A stretch of 64,000 nt of DNA from Carcharhinus longimanus (lineage: Eukaryota), in the NCBI GenBank assembly GCA_030264375.1, contig JASCQW010000132.1, positions 89,949,275-90,013,274 of the forward strand, written 5' to 3'. The position numbers and the translations under genes were made by a program. Numbering within the stretch: the stretch's first letter is position 1; the number at the start of each line of letters is the position of its first letter. Of the stretch, positions 24,960 through 38,215 are shown piece after piece. The notes below the pieces were generated by a model. It searched no databases. It was not told the DNA's origin and saw only the letters and a list, made by a program, of their open reading frames with translations.

Positions 24960-25730
24960 GATACAAATGAAATGGAAGCCCTAGAAAGGAAATGTGCGTC
25001 TCAAAACAATTAAATCCCATGGGTAGATGCTAATGAATAAAGAGTGGTAAAGAAGTCTAGGGAGGATACTTGTGAGGTTATCATAAAAAGGTATCTGGAC
25101 ATTCAGGAAGGTACCAGATTTGAAACAGTTGAAAAGTGTGCCATATGCCAGAGAGGTGATAGATCCATTTCTGTGTAGAGTAAGAGAGCCAATTATCAGG
25201 TGTAGTTGAAGACTGTTTTTACAGTAAACACTGAGTGAACTGTTGTCAGCGGCATTCAGAAGGTGATGATTGAGACTGGCTGACCTTTTTGACATACATA
25301 GGTAAGACCGATCTAAACTTCCCAAAGGCAAGAGGCTCTGTTCCATATGATTAATTGTTAATTAAACCCAGATCGTGGAGATTCAGGATAAGTCTTGGGG
25401 ATGGATGAGAAAACAGTGGCGGCTTATTCCAGGATCTATGCAATGGCAAGAGGTAGGGACTATGAGTGGTTCCAGTTATTTAGAAGGTGTTTATTTAGAT
25501 GACAGTTGTTAAATATCTGCTCTGTGGAAGGCATTGTCAGAAGGCTACTCAGTGAAGAAGAGGGTTAATATTATCACCAAGCCATCATTTAGGGTCAGTA
25601 CTTGTAGAGGAAATGTTCAGTAGGAGGGCAGGATGCCAGTTATCCAAATTCTGCTGACCGGGGACTCCAACTTAAAAGCTTAGTCTACAGATAGATGACT
25701 TTGTCCTGTCTTTGATAAGAAAGCAGCAAT
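24960..25730 (-). mobile_element. Highly decayed LINE RT remnant (clade unclear)
   Basis: Minus strand gives ILE*AATVFSSIPKTY, reminiscent of LINE RT LEYAAPVWS. No intact frame. Confidence 0.3.
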
Positions 25731-25929
25731 TTTCTAATTCTAGCTCTTCAAAAATGAATAAACACTATTCCTGCAAAACCTTACATAATTACATCTCACT
25801 GATCATTATTGCCTAATTAATACATGCTATTTCAGTACGTAAAGTCAGCCACTGTGAATTTGACCTCTTTAAAACTGTCCTTTGCATGTCTGGCAGAAAA
25901 TGTAGCTTCAGAAACGTTACTGGGATAAG

Positions 25930-26995
25930 AGATCTAAAATTGGGCACACCTTAACTAACCAACGAAGTTGGGCTGCACTAAGATCAGGGCGCTATGTTTA
26001 AAAGGTGCCCCAGCCCACCATAGAGGTCTTGGCCGCTCCGAGTCAGCATTCACCCCACCACCCTGGCCCTTGATTGGAGTCGGCATGCCCCCCCCACTCC
26101 CCACCTTCCAACAGTAATTGCCACCTCCCCCATTACTCCTGAACATCAGATCCCTTCCCGCCGACAACTCTGCAACAATCAATGCCAGCACACCCCTATC
26201 CCCCGAGCATCAGACCCTTTGCCCCTCTCACCCTAACTCCCCCACTCACACACTCCATGTCAGCCCCCNNNNNNNNNNNNNNNNNNNNNNNNNNNNNNNN
26301 NNNNNNNNNNNNNNNNNNNNNNNNNNNNNNNNNNNNNNNNNNNNNNNNNNNNNNNNNNNNNNNNNNNNCCCCCCCCCCCCAACCAAACATCGGGCCCTTT
26401 TTCTCCCTTCCCTCCCCCCATCCTCACCCACACAGTCACTTGGGGCGGTCCCTCCACCACACGGCCATCGCCAGCATCCCCAGCTCCCATGCTAGCTCCC
26501 AGCCACCACCACATACAAATGAACACTTTCCCCTCTGCATGGCTTCCAATGGGATCCATTCCTGGTGCAGTCCCTGGCACAGATTGCCGCTGCCAGGTTT
26601 TCACGGGCATGGTGCCAACTGTGTCATGGGGCAGTGTCAGGCCACTGGCTGGCCCAGTCCCTCTCCCCTGGGGGCTATATTCAACTTTATGCCCTCGGGG
26701 ATCCCCATGATAAATTCACATGCAAGTGAACCTGTTGTAAACCGTGCCAACGTGACGTCACATTGGCGCAGTGTGAATATACAGGGGGTGGGGGGGTGTG
26801 TTTAATTGTATGGAAATCTATTAAAATATATGTAAATAAGGTTCATGCCCATTGTGGGTGTGAACTTGGTCACATTGCTGGCAAGGGATAGCAGAAATCA
26901 GAAGTCGTAATCTCACCAGTGAGATCCGTGACTTCTGGGTTTCGCTGCTCTTGGGCCCATTGCCAACAATCTCACGGATGGCAAGAGTGCCCCAT
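25930..26995. mobile_element. GC-rich non-autonomous DNA transposon (Harbinger-like)
   Basis: C-run/ggca-rich interior with the same architecture as 12041-12877 and 36680-37426. Ends are not sharply defined. Confidence 0.45.
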
Positions 26996-27039
26996 GTTTT
27001 AAACCTTTGGGAAGGGAGATGGACATTATTGTTTGTGTC

Positions 27040-27270
27040 AAGTTCATACGGAATGCGAGTCTGCTATGCTCTCCATAACATGACCTTTCAGAGAGCTGTA
27101 GATGTTGAAGAGATTGAGTCAGTGGAGTGACACAGCTTATTAGAGGAGGAGCAGAAGGGTGAAGAGGAGGAGGAGGAGGAGGTTGAAGAGGAGGAAGATG
27201 AGAGCAGAGAGGTGCCCAGGCATTGCCCAGAATGGGCCTTGATGATCTCATCAGAATGGTATCGATGTGA
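27040..27270 (+). pseudogene. Harbinger (HARBI1-like) transposase C-terminal remnant
   Basis: VCYALHNMTFQRAVDVEEIESVE*HSLLEEEQKGEEEEEEEVEEEEDESR, the CC.LHN motif and acidic tail typical of PIF/Harbinger transposases. Confidence 0.65.
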
Positions 27271-27435
27271 GAGAATATCCCATTCAAGCATGTTTCACCA
27301 AACCTACATGACTGCATGCTCTGGAAATCAAATTAAGCTGCCCTTGAGATCAATTCATTCACTCTTACTGCCAAAGCATGATGCACATCAGGCGATGATC
27401 TCACTATCACCCTTCAACACACATCTTACCTTTAC

Positions 27436-28197
27436 AGAAGGTACAGAAGTTAACTGCAAAATAGCAAAGGCAAGTTCTGCTTTCGGTAGACTGCGTTCCA
27501 CAATATGGGAACGTCAAGGAATCAGCCCAGTAACAAAACTGGAGGTCTACAGCGCCGCGGTACTCACTACCCTCCTGTATGCCTGTGAAACGTGGACTGT
27601 ATCGAAGGAATGCAGAACAGCTTAGTCATTTCCACATGACTGGTCTTCACAGAATATTATGCATCCGATGGCAAGACAAAGCACCATACACTGAAGTTCT
27701 CTCTAGAGCAAGTCTACCATCAGTCCACACACTGCTGATGAAAGCGCAGACCTGGTGGGCAGGTCATGTCATCTGTATGTCAGACTACCGCATACCCAAG
27801 CAGCTCCTTTTTGGGGACATCTCTGCTGGAAGACACTCACAAGGAGGGCAGAAGGAACGTTTCAAAGACACACTCAAGGCCTCCCTGAAGTTGCTTGACA
27901 TTGACACGATCACCTGGGAAATGCTGGCACAAAACAGCCCTACCTGGCGCTGCCTCACCCACAAAGGCTGTTAAGCTTACGAAGCAAGTGTATTGCTGAA
28001 GCACAACTTAAGCGTGAGCTGCGTAAGTCCAGAGCCACCAGTGCAACAACTACAGAGTCTACACAAGTCTGTCCAATGTGTGCCTGGGCATTCCGTGCCC
28101 AAATTGGCCTGATCAGTCATCTTCGGACACACCGCAACCAGCCTCAAAGTGACTAATGGTGTCGAGGTCCTCATCAATGACGATAGACGAACAACAA
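27436..28197 (+). mobile_element. 5'-truncated RTE-clade LINE
   Basis: IAKASSAFGRLRSTIW...LLYACETWT, RILCIRWQDK...WAGHVICMSDYRIPKQLLFG...GGQKERFKDTLK, C-terminal CPMC...SHLRTH finger, and gaacaacaa tail. Candidate TSD tacctttac/taccttcac. Confidence 0.9.
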
Positions 28198-28640
28198 TAC
28201 CTTCACCACTTCATCCCTCTTCAGGTTTTACCACTAAAGAAGTTCACACATCTGAAGTTGTGTTAAGACTGACAGTTTCAGCAACAAATAGGAAAGTGTC
28301 CATTAACAAGTGAAACGTGCTTCGCTTATGGCCTGGGGTGAGTGGAGCAGCCTGTCTTAGCTTTTGGCTGACATATGCATAGTTGCCATCCTTGTCATGG
28401 AGATGCTTGTGGCCCTCCATGGCCATGGTGTATAGATCTCCTTCAGTCAGAAGGGCCAAGGAGGCTGATGAAGATGATGGCACCTTGTGTGGAAAGGCTC
28501 CCTGATCCTCATCGGGACTTCCTCAGCCCTTGGATGACACTGTTGCGAGCTGAGAAGGAGTATCAGATCTGCATCCTTGCCTCACTGAATGGTCTATCCT
28601 ACAGAGTGTTTTGTGCATTCTGTGACTATCAGCATATTGC

Positions 28641-28981
28641 AATTTGATTTGATTTATTATTGTCACAAGTATTAGCATACAGTGAAAAGTATTGTTTTTT
28701 GCACGCTATACAAAGCATACCATTCATAGAGAAGAAAACGAGACAGTGCATAAAGTAATGTTATAGTCATAGTTAGGATGTAGAGAAAGATCAATTTAAT
28801 GCAAGGTAGGTCCATTCAAAAGGCTGACAGTAGCAGGGAAGAAGCTGTTCTTGATTCAGTTGTTACGTGATCTCATACTTTTGTATCTTTATCCTGATGG
28901 AAGAAAGTGGAGGACAGAATGTCCGGGATGGGTGGGGTCCTTGATTATGTTGGCTGCTTTTCTGAGGCAGCAGGAAGTGTA
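28641..28981 (-). mobile_element. Rex1/Babar-like LINE 3' end
   Basis: (atttg)n tail. Minus ORF gives YTSCCLRKAANIIKDPTHPGHSVLHFLPSG. Confidence 0.8.
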
Positions 28982-29081
28982 NNNNNNNNNNNNNNNNNNN
29001 NNNNNNNNNNNNNNNNNNNNNNNNNNNNNNNNNNNNNNNNNNNNNNNNNNNNNNNNNNNNNNNNNNNNNNNNNNNNNNNNN

Positions 29082-29207
29082 GGAGCAACCGGAGGAAAAC
29101 CACACAGAGGGGGAATGTACAAACTCCACACAGACAGTGACCCAAGCCGGGAATCGAACCCAGGTCCCTGGCACTGTGAGGCAGCAATGCTAACCCACTG
29201 TGCTGCC
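29082..29207 (-). mobile_element. V-SINE 5' part (next to gap)
   Basis: aaactccacacagacagtgacccaagccgggaatcgaacccaggtccctggcactgtgaggcagc. Confidence 0.85.
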
Positions 29208-29783
29208 TTTGCATTTTGGTCTTCAATCCAGTGCACAGGGCTCTTGTTACAATCTCGTGTCTTTCCTACCCTCAGTTTGAGTCCTGTGTCAGCATTTCTT
29301 CAAACCAACCAAACTCCCTCAGGAAAGCCTAACTTGGCAATGACTCATTTAACCAACTGGAGTTGTCACAGCAATGCAAAAGATTCACAGGAATACTAGC
29401 TGTTCAGTGTCCATGACACACTAGTTCAGGTCTGAATATTAATCAATGTCTCCCAGTCAAACTCTCATGTAAATTTGACTTCATACAGCCAAATTTAATT
29501 CAATAATATGCAACACCATTCACACTAACAGTTCCCTCCCCTATCATGGAGGTTTAGTCAGAAAACTCAAGACGTGACAAGAGCAATGTCCAATTATCTT
29601 GAAACAAACCATTTTACTTCAAAAAAATTAAAATAAAACTTATAAAATTCAAACAGAATTAGACAGTGTAGATTCAGAAAGAATTCTCCCGATGGTGGGG
29701 GACCCCACAAATGGAGGTCATAATTTGAGAATAGGGGGGTAAATTTTTTAGGATTAAGGTGAGGAGAAATTTCTTCACCCAGA

Positions 29784-30193
29784 GATTTGATTTGATTTGA
29801 TTTATTATTGTCACATGTATTATATACAGTGAAAGTATTGCTTCTTGCATGCTATACAGACAAAACATACCGTTCATAGAGAAGGAAAGGACAGAGTGCA
29901 CAATGTTGTGTTACAGTCACAGCTAGGCTGTAGAGAAAGATCAACTTAATGCGAGGTAGGTCCATTCAAAAGTCTGATGGCAGCAGGGAAGAAGATGTTC
30001 TTGAGTCAGTCTGTATATGATCTCAGACTTTTGTTATCTTTTTCTCAATGGAAGAATGCGGAAGAGAGAATGTCCAGGGTGCGTGGGGTCCTTGATTATG
30101 TTGGCTGCTTTTCTGAGGCAGCAGGAAGTGTAGATAGACTCAAGGGATGGGAGTCTGGTTTAAGGGATGGACTGGGCTTCGTTCATGACCTCT
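29784..30193 (-). mobile_element. Rex1/Babar-like LINE 3' end, abutting a CR1 fragment (29680-29783)
   Basis: (gattt)n tail and a body closely similar to 28641-28981. Confidence 0.8.
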
Positions 30194-30879
30194 CAGCGTG
30201 TTGTCCCACATGATTCTCTATGAGGTTGGCCATTCTCTCAGTGGACTACTCTGGCATTCAAAGCCCTGTTCGAGGCTTGTGCACATGAGCCTGAATGGGG
30301 TCCCCAGTTCTCAGCCCATGACTTTATGCGGCCTCAGAGAACTCTGATATATGTGAACACATTCGTTGCTGCCGGTCAAAGTGAGTCTCGTTTTTTGCAG
30401 CTGCAGGGCCTTGTATCTGCGATCCAGTGGATCATTGCTGTGTCTGCCCTCCATCTCTCCAAGGGGAATTGCCCACAGCTGCCTTGACCTCCCTCATATC
30501 CTCCTGCTCACTAGTGTCATGCTCTTCACCCAGTGCTGCCCTTTTCAATCAGGCATGAGGAGCCGCCAAGGCCGTTTAGCTGTTCTGGTGGATATGGTGC
30601 AACTACCTCAGATGCTTGAGATTTGCTGGGGGATGCAGCTGTATTTTATTGTTCACCCTCCGTGACTGGCCTTATGGGAGACACAACAAGGTCATGAGAA
30701 ATAACCAGCGACAGCAGAAGCATCTGCACCATTGAGGTTTCCTAGTCCAAATGAGTCTTTAGCATTCTGTCAGATAGGGAAGAGTTCACTCCACCCCATT
30801 TATCCACAGATCTCACTATCTATACAGGTATTCCCATCTCTCTATCCTCCACTTGCTCCCACAGGGATATCCATCCTTC

Positions 30880-31439
30880 CTAAAGCCGTGAGGGTGGCAA
30901 GCTGGAACAGTCCTCCTCCTGTTGGAGCCTATTGCTGCAAATTATGTGCCCTCTTCTACAATGATATAACTGAGAGAGAGGGATGAGGCACTGCTGGCCA
31001 TGACCAAAGTCAGAAACTGCTGCAGGTACTCAACAGCACTAGAACTCTGGCTATTGCTGACTAACCTGTAAGCACCCTGAGCGCGCAATTCTTCTGGGCT
31101 AAGGCGCAACATACACTTTCTGGTGACTCAGCTCATGTGCCTGCAGAGGTTGCATACCTAAAAGCTTGTCATCAAGGTCTCATGCTGCAGTCACTTTGCC
31201 AGACTGAACAAGGTCATTATACATTCTGTGACATTGTACTTATTTCTTCCACTTGACACTTCCACTGCTCACATTTTCTGCCATTCAGGTGTGCTTTATT
31301 GGGTGGTTTTCTGCTGCCACCCTATGGAAACTAGACCTCCTTCTTTACTAGTAGCCTCCAACGTCCACTTAAGAGCTACGTCCATGAAACATGGGCCGCT
31401 AGGCCTCTGCCTTTCCTCCTGGTGAGCTGCAGCTGCCAT
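30880..31439 (-). pseudogene. Harbinger Myb/SANT-like gene remnant (two exons)
   Basis: Exon 31439-31195 reads MAAAAHQEERQRPSGPCFMDVALKWTLEA...MAENVSSGSVKWKK*VQCHRMYNDLVQSGK then gtgact donor. The next exon, from 30955, reads KRAHNLQQ*APTGGG. Confidence 0.65.
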
Positions 31440-32462
31440 TCCTGATTCAAAATGGCTGCCACAGAAATGGCTGCCAATGTGCCTTTGAAACAGGTCCACA
31501 CTCACCTCCATCTCACACCCACTGCTGTTAATTGGCCACCAAACCCTCTAGTCTTGCATTCTGATGGGATTAATATCATGGTGATGTGTGTTTGTAAACA
31601 AATGGAGGAAAGACTGTACACAAACCTTCAAAAAAGTGGAATTATCCTGACTTTTCCACTGAATTGTCTAATATATTGATGAAGTTTGGTCTGCTTGCAA
31701 TTTAGTCAGCAAAATGGGGCGGGGGTTCAGCAATCAATTGTGATAACTTGCCAATAAAGCAGTGAGAAAATGATTGCTTGTATTTATAAAATGTTGACAG
31801 ATTATCAGAGTGAGTCCATCAACTATGCATGAGATTATGTTTGCGCTTATATTCATGTTTAAGACTTTTAGCTTCGTGTCCATACTAAATGTTTGGACAT
31901 TTAGTCGCTTTCTGGACTTGAGAATGTAAAGCTATTTTATAAAACAGAAGTGTGATTTATCACCTCGTGTCAACTATATTCAGAGTGGAGCAGATAGAAG
32001 GCTGAATTAACTCACTTCATACAGATGACTGAAGAAACTTGGACTCAGCCTATTCCAGTTGTAAAGGTGCAAAACAATTTGAAAGTCTGTGGGAAGTGGC
32101 ATTGTTCAAAGACATTTTGATGTATTTTTTCACACAATACATCTGGAAACACCAGCAGATAAGAGGTTTATCCAGAAATGCAGGTGGGTAACCCTCAGCT
32201 GGCCTGTGAGACACCTTTATCTTTTTAATATGTGCAGGAATTTATCAATCGCGGGTGTGGAATAATCTAAGTTCTTGTACTCTAACCAATGTTTTGAAGT
32301 TTGAGCAGTGCTCGCTGCTGTTGGCACCTAACATGAAGGGGCTCAGATTATGTTTTAACAAGTTGTACTTCAAAAGAATTCAGCCACACACACAAAATAG
32401 TACTTCTGCTGATATAATCACTTCTCTGTTGCTAATGTGGCCTTGGCTGTTTGCCTTTGCAG

Positions 32463-32569
32463 CCCCCAGTGAGCCTTTGCTCTGTAAATTTGCTGATGGA
32501 GGACAGAAGAAAAGACAGAATCAAAGCAAATACACACAAAATGGAAGGCCGTGGCCCAGAGAAGGAGAG
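32463..32569 (+). CDS. rbms3: RBMS3 internal coding exon (107 bp; end of RRM2 and following linker)
   Basis: Acceptor tttgcctttgcag, donor GAG|gtgagt. Translates (A)[35 protein letters not shown], the RBMS-family [11 protein letters not shown] motif with the RBMS3-type [16 protein letters not shown]. Ends in phase 0, compatible with the next exon. Confidence 0.96.
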
Positions 32570-33699
32570 GTGAGTTATTGTCTAAGTCTGAAATTCTGAA
32601 AAAAGCAAAGCGATTGTAAGGTCAGTACTAAGAGATTCTTTATCTTTTTTGGCTCTATGGATTGGCAAAAAGGAATAACATATTTGTTGTGATGAGTGCA
32701 AAAATAAGGGAAAGCGGCTGATGCAGCATACTAATAATGTCTATTAACCAAACTAATGTGGGACTTCCATCACCAAATCAAACCCCATACAGAGCTGTGA
32801 GTCTGCAGATTCTCTTTACCAGGCAGTGTGTGCGGATCCTTAGTGACAATTAACTTCAGTCACTCTGCTTGAGAACGGAGGGAGGGAGACAGAACCAGCT
32901 GACCTGGTGCATCAGGCCTTCTTAATTGAAAGTCAGCTGTGTTCTACAAAAGGATTACTCTTTGTTAGTTTTTTAAAAAATTAATTGCAACACTTTTCCA
33001 TGTTTGAAATAGCCGTTACGCATATTTGTATTTGTGTCCAATTCCGATTGCCCAAAGGTATTCAGGTTTGCATAGAAATAAATTAACTTTTGCCTTTGAC
33101 CTTAATTGATCTGCCTAGTATGGAAAACATTAGACTATCAGTCTTCAGGGGCCTTTTGATGAAAAAGAACAAGAATCAAAGAACCAAGTGGTTCTTAGGA
33201 CAAGATGGTATTACAGACAAATGAGGCTGTGTTGTCTTTTGGCATCATTTATGTTACTGTCTGTGTGCTAAACAAAATGTCAAAAGATTTCTAAATGCTC
33301 TTTCTCAAAGAATAAGGACTTTTAAAAATTTTGACATACTGAAGTAATCAGCCTTACACCTTGTCCTTCATTGCTGAAAATCAAGCATTTTGTCTGGACC
33401 AAAATGATGCAGACATCATTTTGTTTTCACTCTGGGCTAATTCTGGACCGTATTCTGCATTGGAGCTGACCATGTTTTTAATAGCAGTACACATGCCAAG
33501 CGTTTGAACCCAGACCATGGAGATAGCACATAAACCTCATCTCTGGTAATTGTTATGAATCCAAAATGAAGTGCATTTGAACAAACTTCAAATTGGCTCC
33601 CAGTTGATCTCAAAGTTGTCCTTAAAATACACAGTAAACACCAATGCATCAAAATTTTATATCAAATTTCAATTTTCTCTGAGAGTATCAGCCTAGACA

Positions 33700-33920
33700 A
33701 TTATGTCTATGGGTTGTTTGACCCTGGGACAGCAGAACTGTACCCCATCCTGTTCTCCTGTAGCGTCCATTCTATCTAATTTCAAATGTATGGCAATGAA
33801 CAAAAGTGATTTTCCTGCTGATATTTTCCTTTCCTAAATCCTGAGGCAACATTGGCAGTTGTAGTCCTCACACTGCCTTGATGACCAGGGGTTGAACCTG
33901 GAGCCATCCGGTTTCTATGG
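33700..33920 (-). mobile_element. Ancient tRNA-derived SINE remnant
   Basis: B-box-like ggttgaacc on the plus strand. Weak similarity to 60040-60250. Confidence 0.35.
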
Positions 33921-34599
33921 CTATTTTATTAAATTTTAAATTATGTTTCTCCAGCTTTAAACAACACAGTATCCACGTTGCAGAGGCTCCGGTTACTGCA
34001 ACAGAATCATTTAACTGAGTGCCACCTAGTGGAGTTTGTGCCTGTGTTGCCCCACACATTTCGGCTGTGCTCATTTTAACACTTTACATGCCTTGGGAGC
34101 TTGCTAAGGAACTTGTGTAATTAATTCATTTGAGGCATATGCAATTTAGGAGTGACACCCAAGTAGCTCAGTTTTTTTGGGGGGAAGACGTGTAAGTACA
34201 GCCTGGTTTGCCTGCAATGCACTATTGAGCATTGTCCTGAGAATCTTTTCCAAAACTAAATAAGTAAACAAATTTAACAAAATATACCTCTTGTGTGCAA
34301 AGGAGTTCCATTGAAGAGGATAGCTTCTCTTGAAGAGACTATCACTGAACACTGGTGTTGCTCTTTAACAATTATCACAAACAAACACAAACATGGAATT
34401 TCTTTCCGAGCGGATAACGAGGCAACATTACAAATCTGAGATGTTAATGTAAGAGCTGTGCATATTTTTTTAATGTTTGTTTTTTTTTTCTCCACATGAC
34501 TCTAATTATTTTTTTGGCAGAGGACAGAGAGACAACAGCTCCCAAGCCTGTGTTTTTGCCATAGTGGATGTTTCCACTGGGATAAGGGCAGGAGTACAC

Positions 34600-34820
34600 T
34601 ATGTAGATTTTCAAGCCTGTCCTGCCAATCAGTTAGACCATGGTTGATCTGTACCTCACCTCCATTTACAATACCCTTGCTTCATATCCCTTGGACACCC
34701 AGACCCAAAAAAAAACTAGCCACCTCGGTCCTGAGCATTTCAATTGATCCTCAGAATCTATAGCCTTTTGGGGGAACAAGTACCAGGTTTCCACAACCCT
34801 TTGTATGAAAAATGCTCCCT
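34600..34820 (-). mobile_element. CR1 3' end fragment
   Basis: caagcctgtcctgccaatcagttagaccatggttgatctgtacctc...ccacaaccctttgt. Confidence 0.6.
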
Positions 34821-36029
34821 AATGTTTGAGCCCATATTGTTTCAATGTTCAGCATTATTCTATTTTTTTAATGGAGTGATATGAATATAAAGGGATGTGA
34901 GGTGGTGATCATGTGACATTAATTTGATTACTTCTGTGTGACTTGTCAGGATAGTATACCTGGTTTGAAAACTTCAACATCAATATGCAACTTGCAACAT
35001 CAAGTAAAATGGTACCTGCAGCTGAAGGGCCATCTCCTCTTAATTTTAGCATTTCCATTATACAGAATTGTGCTGCAATTTCTGTGCATGGTCCGGACCT
35101 AAGACCTACTTAAAATGGTAAAACAAGCAATCGCAAGGCAGTCCTGGTACAGGCTCTGAATCAACAATCCCACATTCAAACCGAGTGCACAATGACCTTG
35201 CCATCTTTTTTGTGGGTTCTCAAGCAACAATCATGTCCAATCTTCAGGCGCAGATCTAAACAAAGTTAAAGTGTTGAGCCAAAAGGAGTGCGTGCACAGA
35301 CTAACCCAGAAAGCCAAAAGGTTATTCAGGAGAGTACTGGCATAACTCACAAAGACACAACCAGTGTGAGTGCCGGTCCCTATTACCTGATTGCCAGAGG
35401 ATGATGAGAAAAGAAGAAAGCGGGAAAGATTGGAAACCAATGTATTCTTGATGGACTGTCTCTAATTTGGCAAGATGAAGAACCTACTTGGCAGTCAATT
35501 CTTTCCAACAGCTGACTTATTTTTTAAACAATGTCCAGCACCCAATGCTCAATTTAAACATATTCAGATTATATTGCATTCTGAATAGCTTTAGGATTCA
35601 GCCATAGGATATAAAATATTTAAAAAATAATAATTTGTAGGCTTGCCATCATGGCACTGCTCTTAACGACATGCTATATCAACAATGATGGACAAAGCTA
35701 AATCCTCAGAATCAAGTGGAACATTGTTTGCTGCACTCTAAAGGGCACTTCCGCCAGAGCAAGTGAATGGATTCTGCTCAGGAAACTCTTGTAGCAACTT
35801 TGAGCAACAATTTAATTTAAATAAAAGTTGTGAAAATTATACTTAAAAATGTTTGTAAGGCTATTTGTCCTTCAATATCAAGTGGTTTTTCCATAAACGT
35901 ACTTCCAGCTGTTCTTTTATTACCCTTGCATGCATAGTTAATGGACATTAACAGCGTGCTGCCGGTTATATGTTACTGTGGACCTTACTGAATTTATATG
36001 TTTGCTATACTTGCTTAAATCAGACACAG

Positions 36030-36400
36030 AACCATGTAATTCCTACAGTGCAGAAGGAGGCGATTTGGCCTATCAAGTCTACACAGACTCTCCAGAAGAG
36101 CATCATATCCAGGCCATCCAACTGTGCAGCACCATCCCCCCCTCCACCCAACCCAATCTAATTCTACACATTTACCATGGCTAAACCACCTAATCTACTC
36201 ATGTTTGATCAGTAAGGGGCAATTTAGCATGGCCAATTCACCTAACTTGCACGTTTTGGACTGACGGTGGGATGAAAACAGAGCACCTGGAGGAAACCCA
36301 TGTGGATACACGGACATAAACTCCACATAGTCACCCAATCCTAAAATCAAAACCATGTCCCTGGTGCTGTGAGGCAGCAGTGCTAGTCATCATGCCACCC
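36030..36400 (-). mobile_element. HE1/V-SINE
   Basis: cctacagtgcagaaggaggc tail ... gcagcagtgctagtcatcatgccaccc. Confidence 0.85.
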
Positions 36401-36679
36401 ACCGAAATAAAGTAACAAGGGTTACAGTTAGCATTGTTTATTGGATAAATTGTCAATTTACATTCAGATACAATAATTGATTGTCTGGGCACTAGCAAAT
36501 TTTCAGGCGATAGTTACAGTGATTTACAAATTTCAATAGTGATACATTGTCATTAGTAATTAATGGATTACAAGCATTAATTGAGCAAATAATTGGTGTA
36601 ATCCTTAATCAGTTCTGACTATTTTTCTGGTGTACTTTGTTATAATTATGCATCATACTCCATGACAGTCCTATAAGTG

Positions 36680-37426
36680 ATTAATCTTAGCTCAGGTGTG
36701 GCTCCCCTCCCCCCATCTCCAATCGGAGCCCGCATTCATTCCGACTCCCACCGATCCCCCCCATGTCCACCTGTGATCACTGGCCATTTCACTCCACCCC
36801 CTCCCCCCCAAATCGGATCACTGGCTATTTCACCACCCCCACTACCCCGCACTCCCGTGATTATTGGCCCCTTCTCCCCGCCCCCCATGTGATCATCAGC
36901 ACCCCTTCTCCCAACAACCATCACTGGCCTCCCCATGCTCATTTGCCCGTTCCCAGCCCACACCCACATCCACGTCTGTATGAATCCACCCCACTTCCCA
37001 TGAGGCTCCCATTGTGGCCTGCCCCTTGGTATTGATTGGCAATGCCAGGGTGGCATGGATATCATGCCACCCTGTGCCAAGGGCATTGCAAGGGTACTTC
37101 CTGTCCCTCATCCTTCAGGGGTTATACTTACCTTTATGCCCCGGGAAGACCCCCATGACAGGTTCACGTCTGTGTGAATAAGTTCATCAATGCGTTTTTA
37201 AGAGATGGCAAGGGGTGAAGATACGACAGTAGGTGTGGCGAGGGTACTGTTTAATTATATTAAAATGCAAGTAAATCATGTTCATGCCCATTATTGGTAT
37301 GAACCTAATGATGTCGTCAGCAAGGGGTGGGGGAGACCCAAAGTTGCTGGCGAGAACTGTGACTTCCAGACCTTGACCCCCCACTGGCATTCACTCAGAT
37401 GATAAACGCAGGCTCAAGATTGCGCC
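36680..37426. mobile_element. GC-rich non-autonomous Harbinger-like element
   Basis: C-run interior, ggcaatgccagggtggca motif, and a terminus aagattgcgcc. Confidence 0.5.
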
Positions 37427-38215
37427 ATTCTCTCAGCATCTATCCAGTCAGGGCCCTTCAAGAATTTTCTGTGTTTCGATAAGATCATCTCTCATTCGTC
37501 TGAACTCCAATGAATATAGACCCTACCTGTTCAACTTTTCCTCAAAGTGCAAGCCCTACATCCCAGAAATCAATCTAGTAAACCTTCTCCAATGCCTCCA
37601 ATGTAATCATGTCATTTCTTAAGTAAGGAAACCATAAATATATGTAGTGTTCTAGGTATAGTCTTTTCAAAGGCTGAATGATTGAAGGAAGACTTCCCTA
37701 CTTTTATGCTCCTTTCCCTTTTGCAATGGAGGCTAACAATCCATTTGCTTCCTAATTATTTGTTGTACCTGCATGCTTTTTCAGGTAATTCATGTTGGAG
37801 GACACCCAGATCCCTCTGTAACACAGATTTCTGCAACCTCTCTCCATTAAATAATAATCTGTTTTATTATTTTCCCATGAAAGTGAACAAGCTTTCTCAT
37901 GTTGTAACCCATTTTCCAATTTCTTTCCCCATCACTTAACATATCTATATCCCTCACTTTCATTGTATTGTCAGAAAATTTGGCTATGATGCACTTGATC
38001 CCTTCATCCAAGTTGTTAATATAGATTATAAATAGTTGAAGCCCCAGCACTGATCCTGGTGGCACCCAACTACTCGTCTGAAAATGGTCTATTTATCCTG
38101 ACACTACGCTCTATCTATGTTAATATAATAACCCAATATTGTGAGCCCTTATCTCTGAAAGTAGCCTTTGATATGTAATTTTATTGAGTGCCTTTTGGAA
38201 ATCCATAAACATCAT

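Noticed and set aside
27140-27200. (GAG)n as an independent microsatellite
   Set aside because: Better explained as the poly-Glu tail of the Harbinger transposase remnant.
32100-32190. Possible upstream rbms3 exon (catctggaaacaccagcag resembles YLKTPP)
   Set aside because: No MESTEKCE...FNGK frame or matching splice sites. The preceding and following rbms3 exons were not found and probably lie outside the window.
32255-32599. 114-aa ORF as a standalone gene
   Set aside because: It is the 107-bp rbms3 exon plus intronic read-through.
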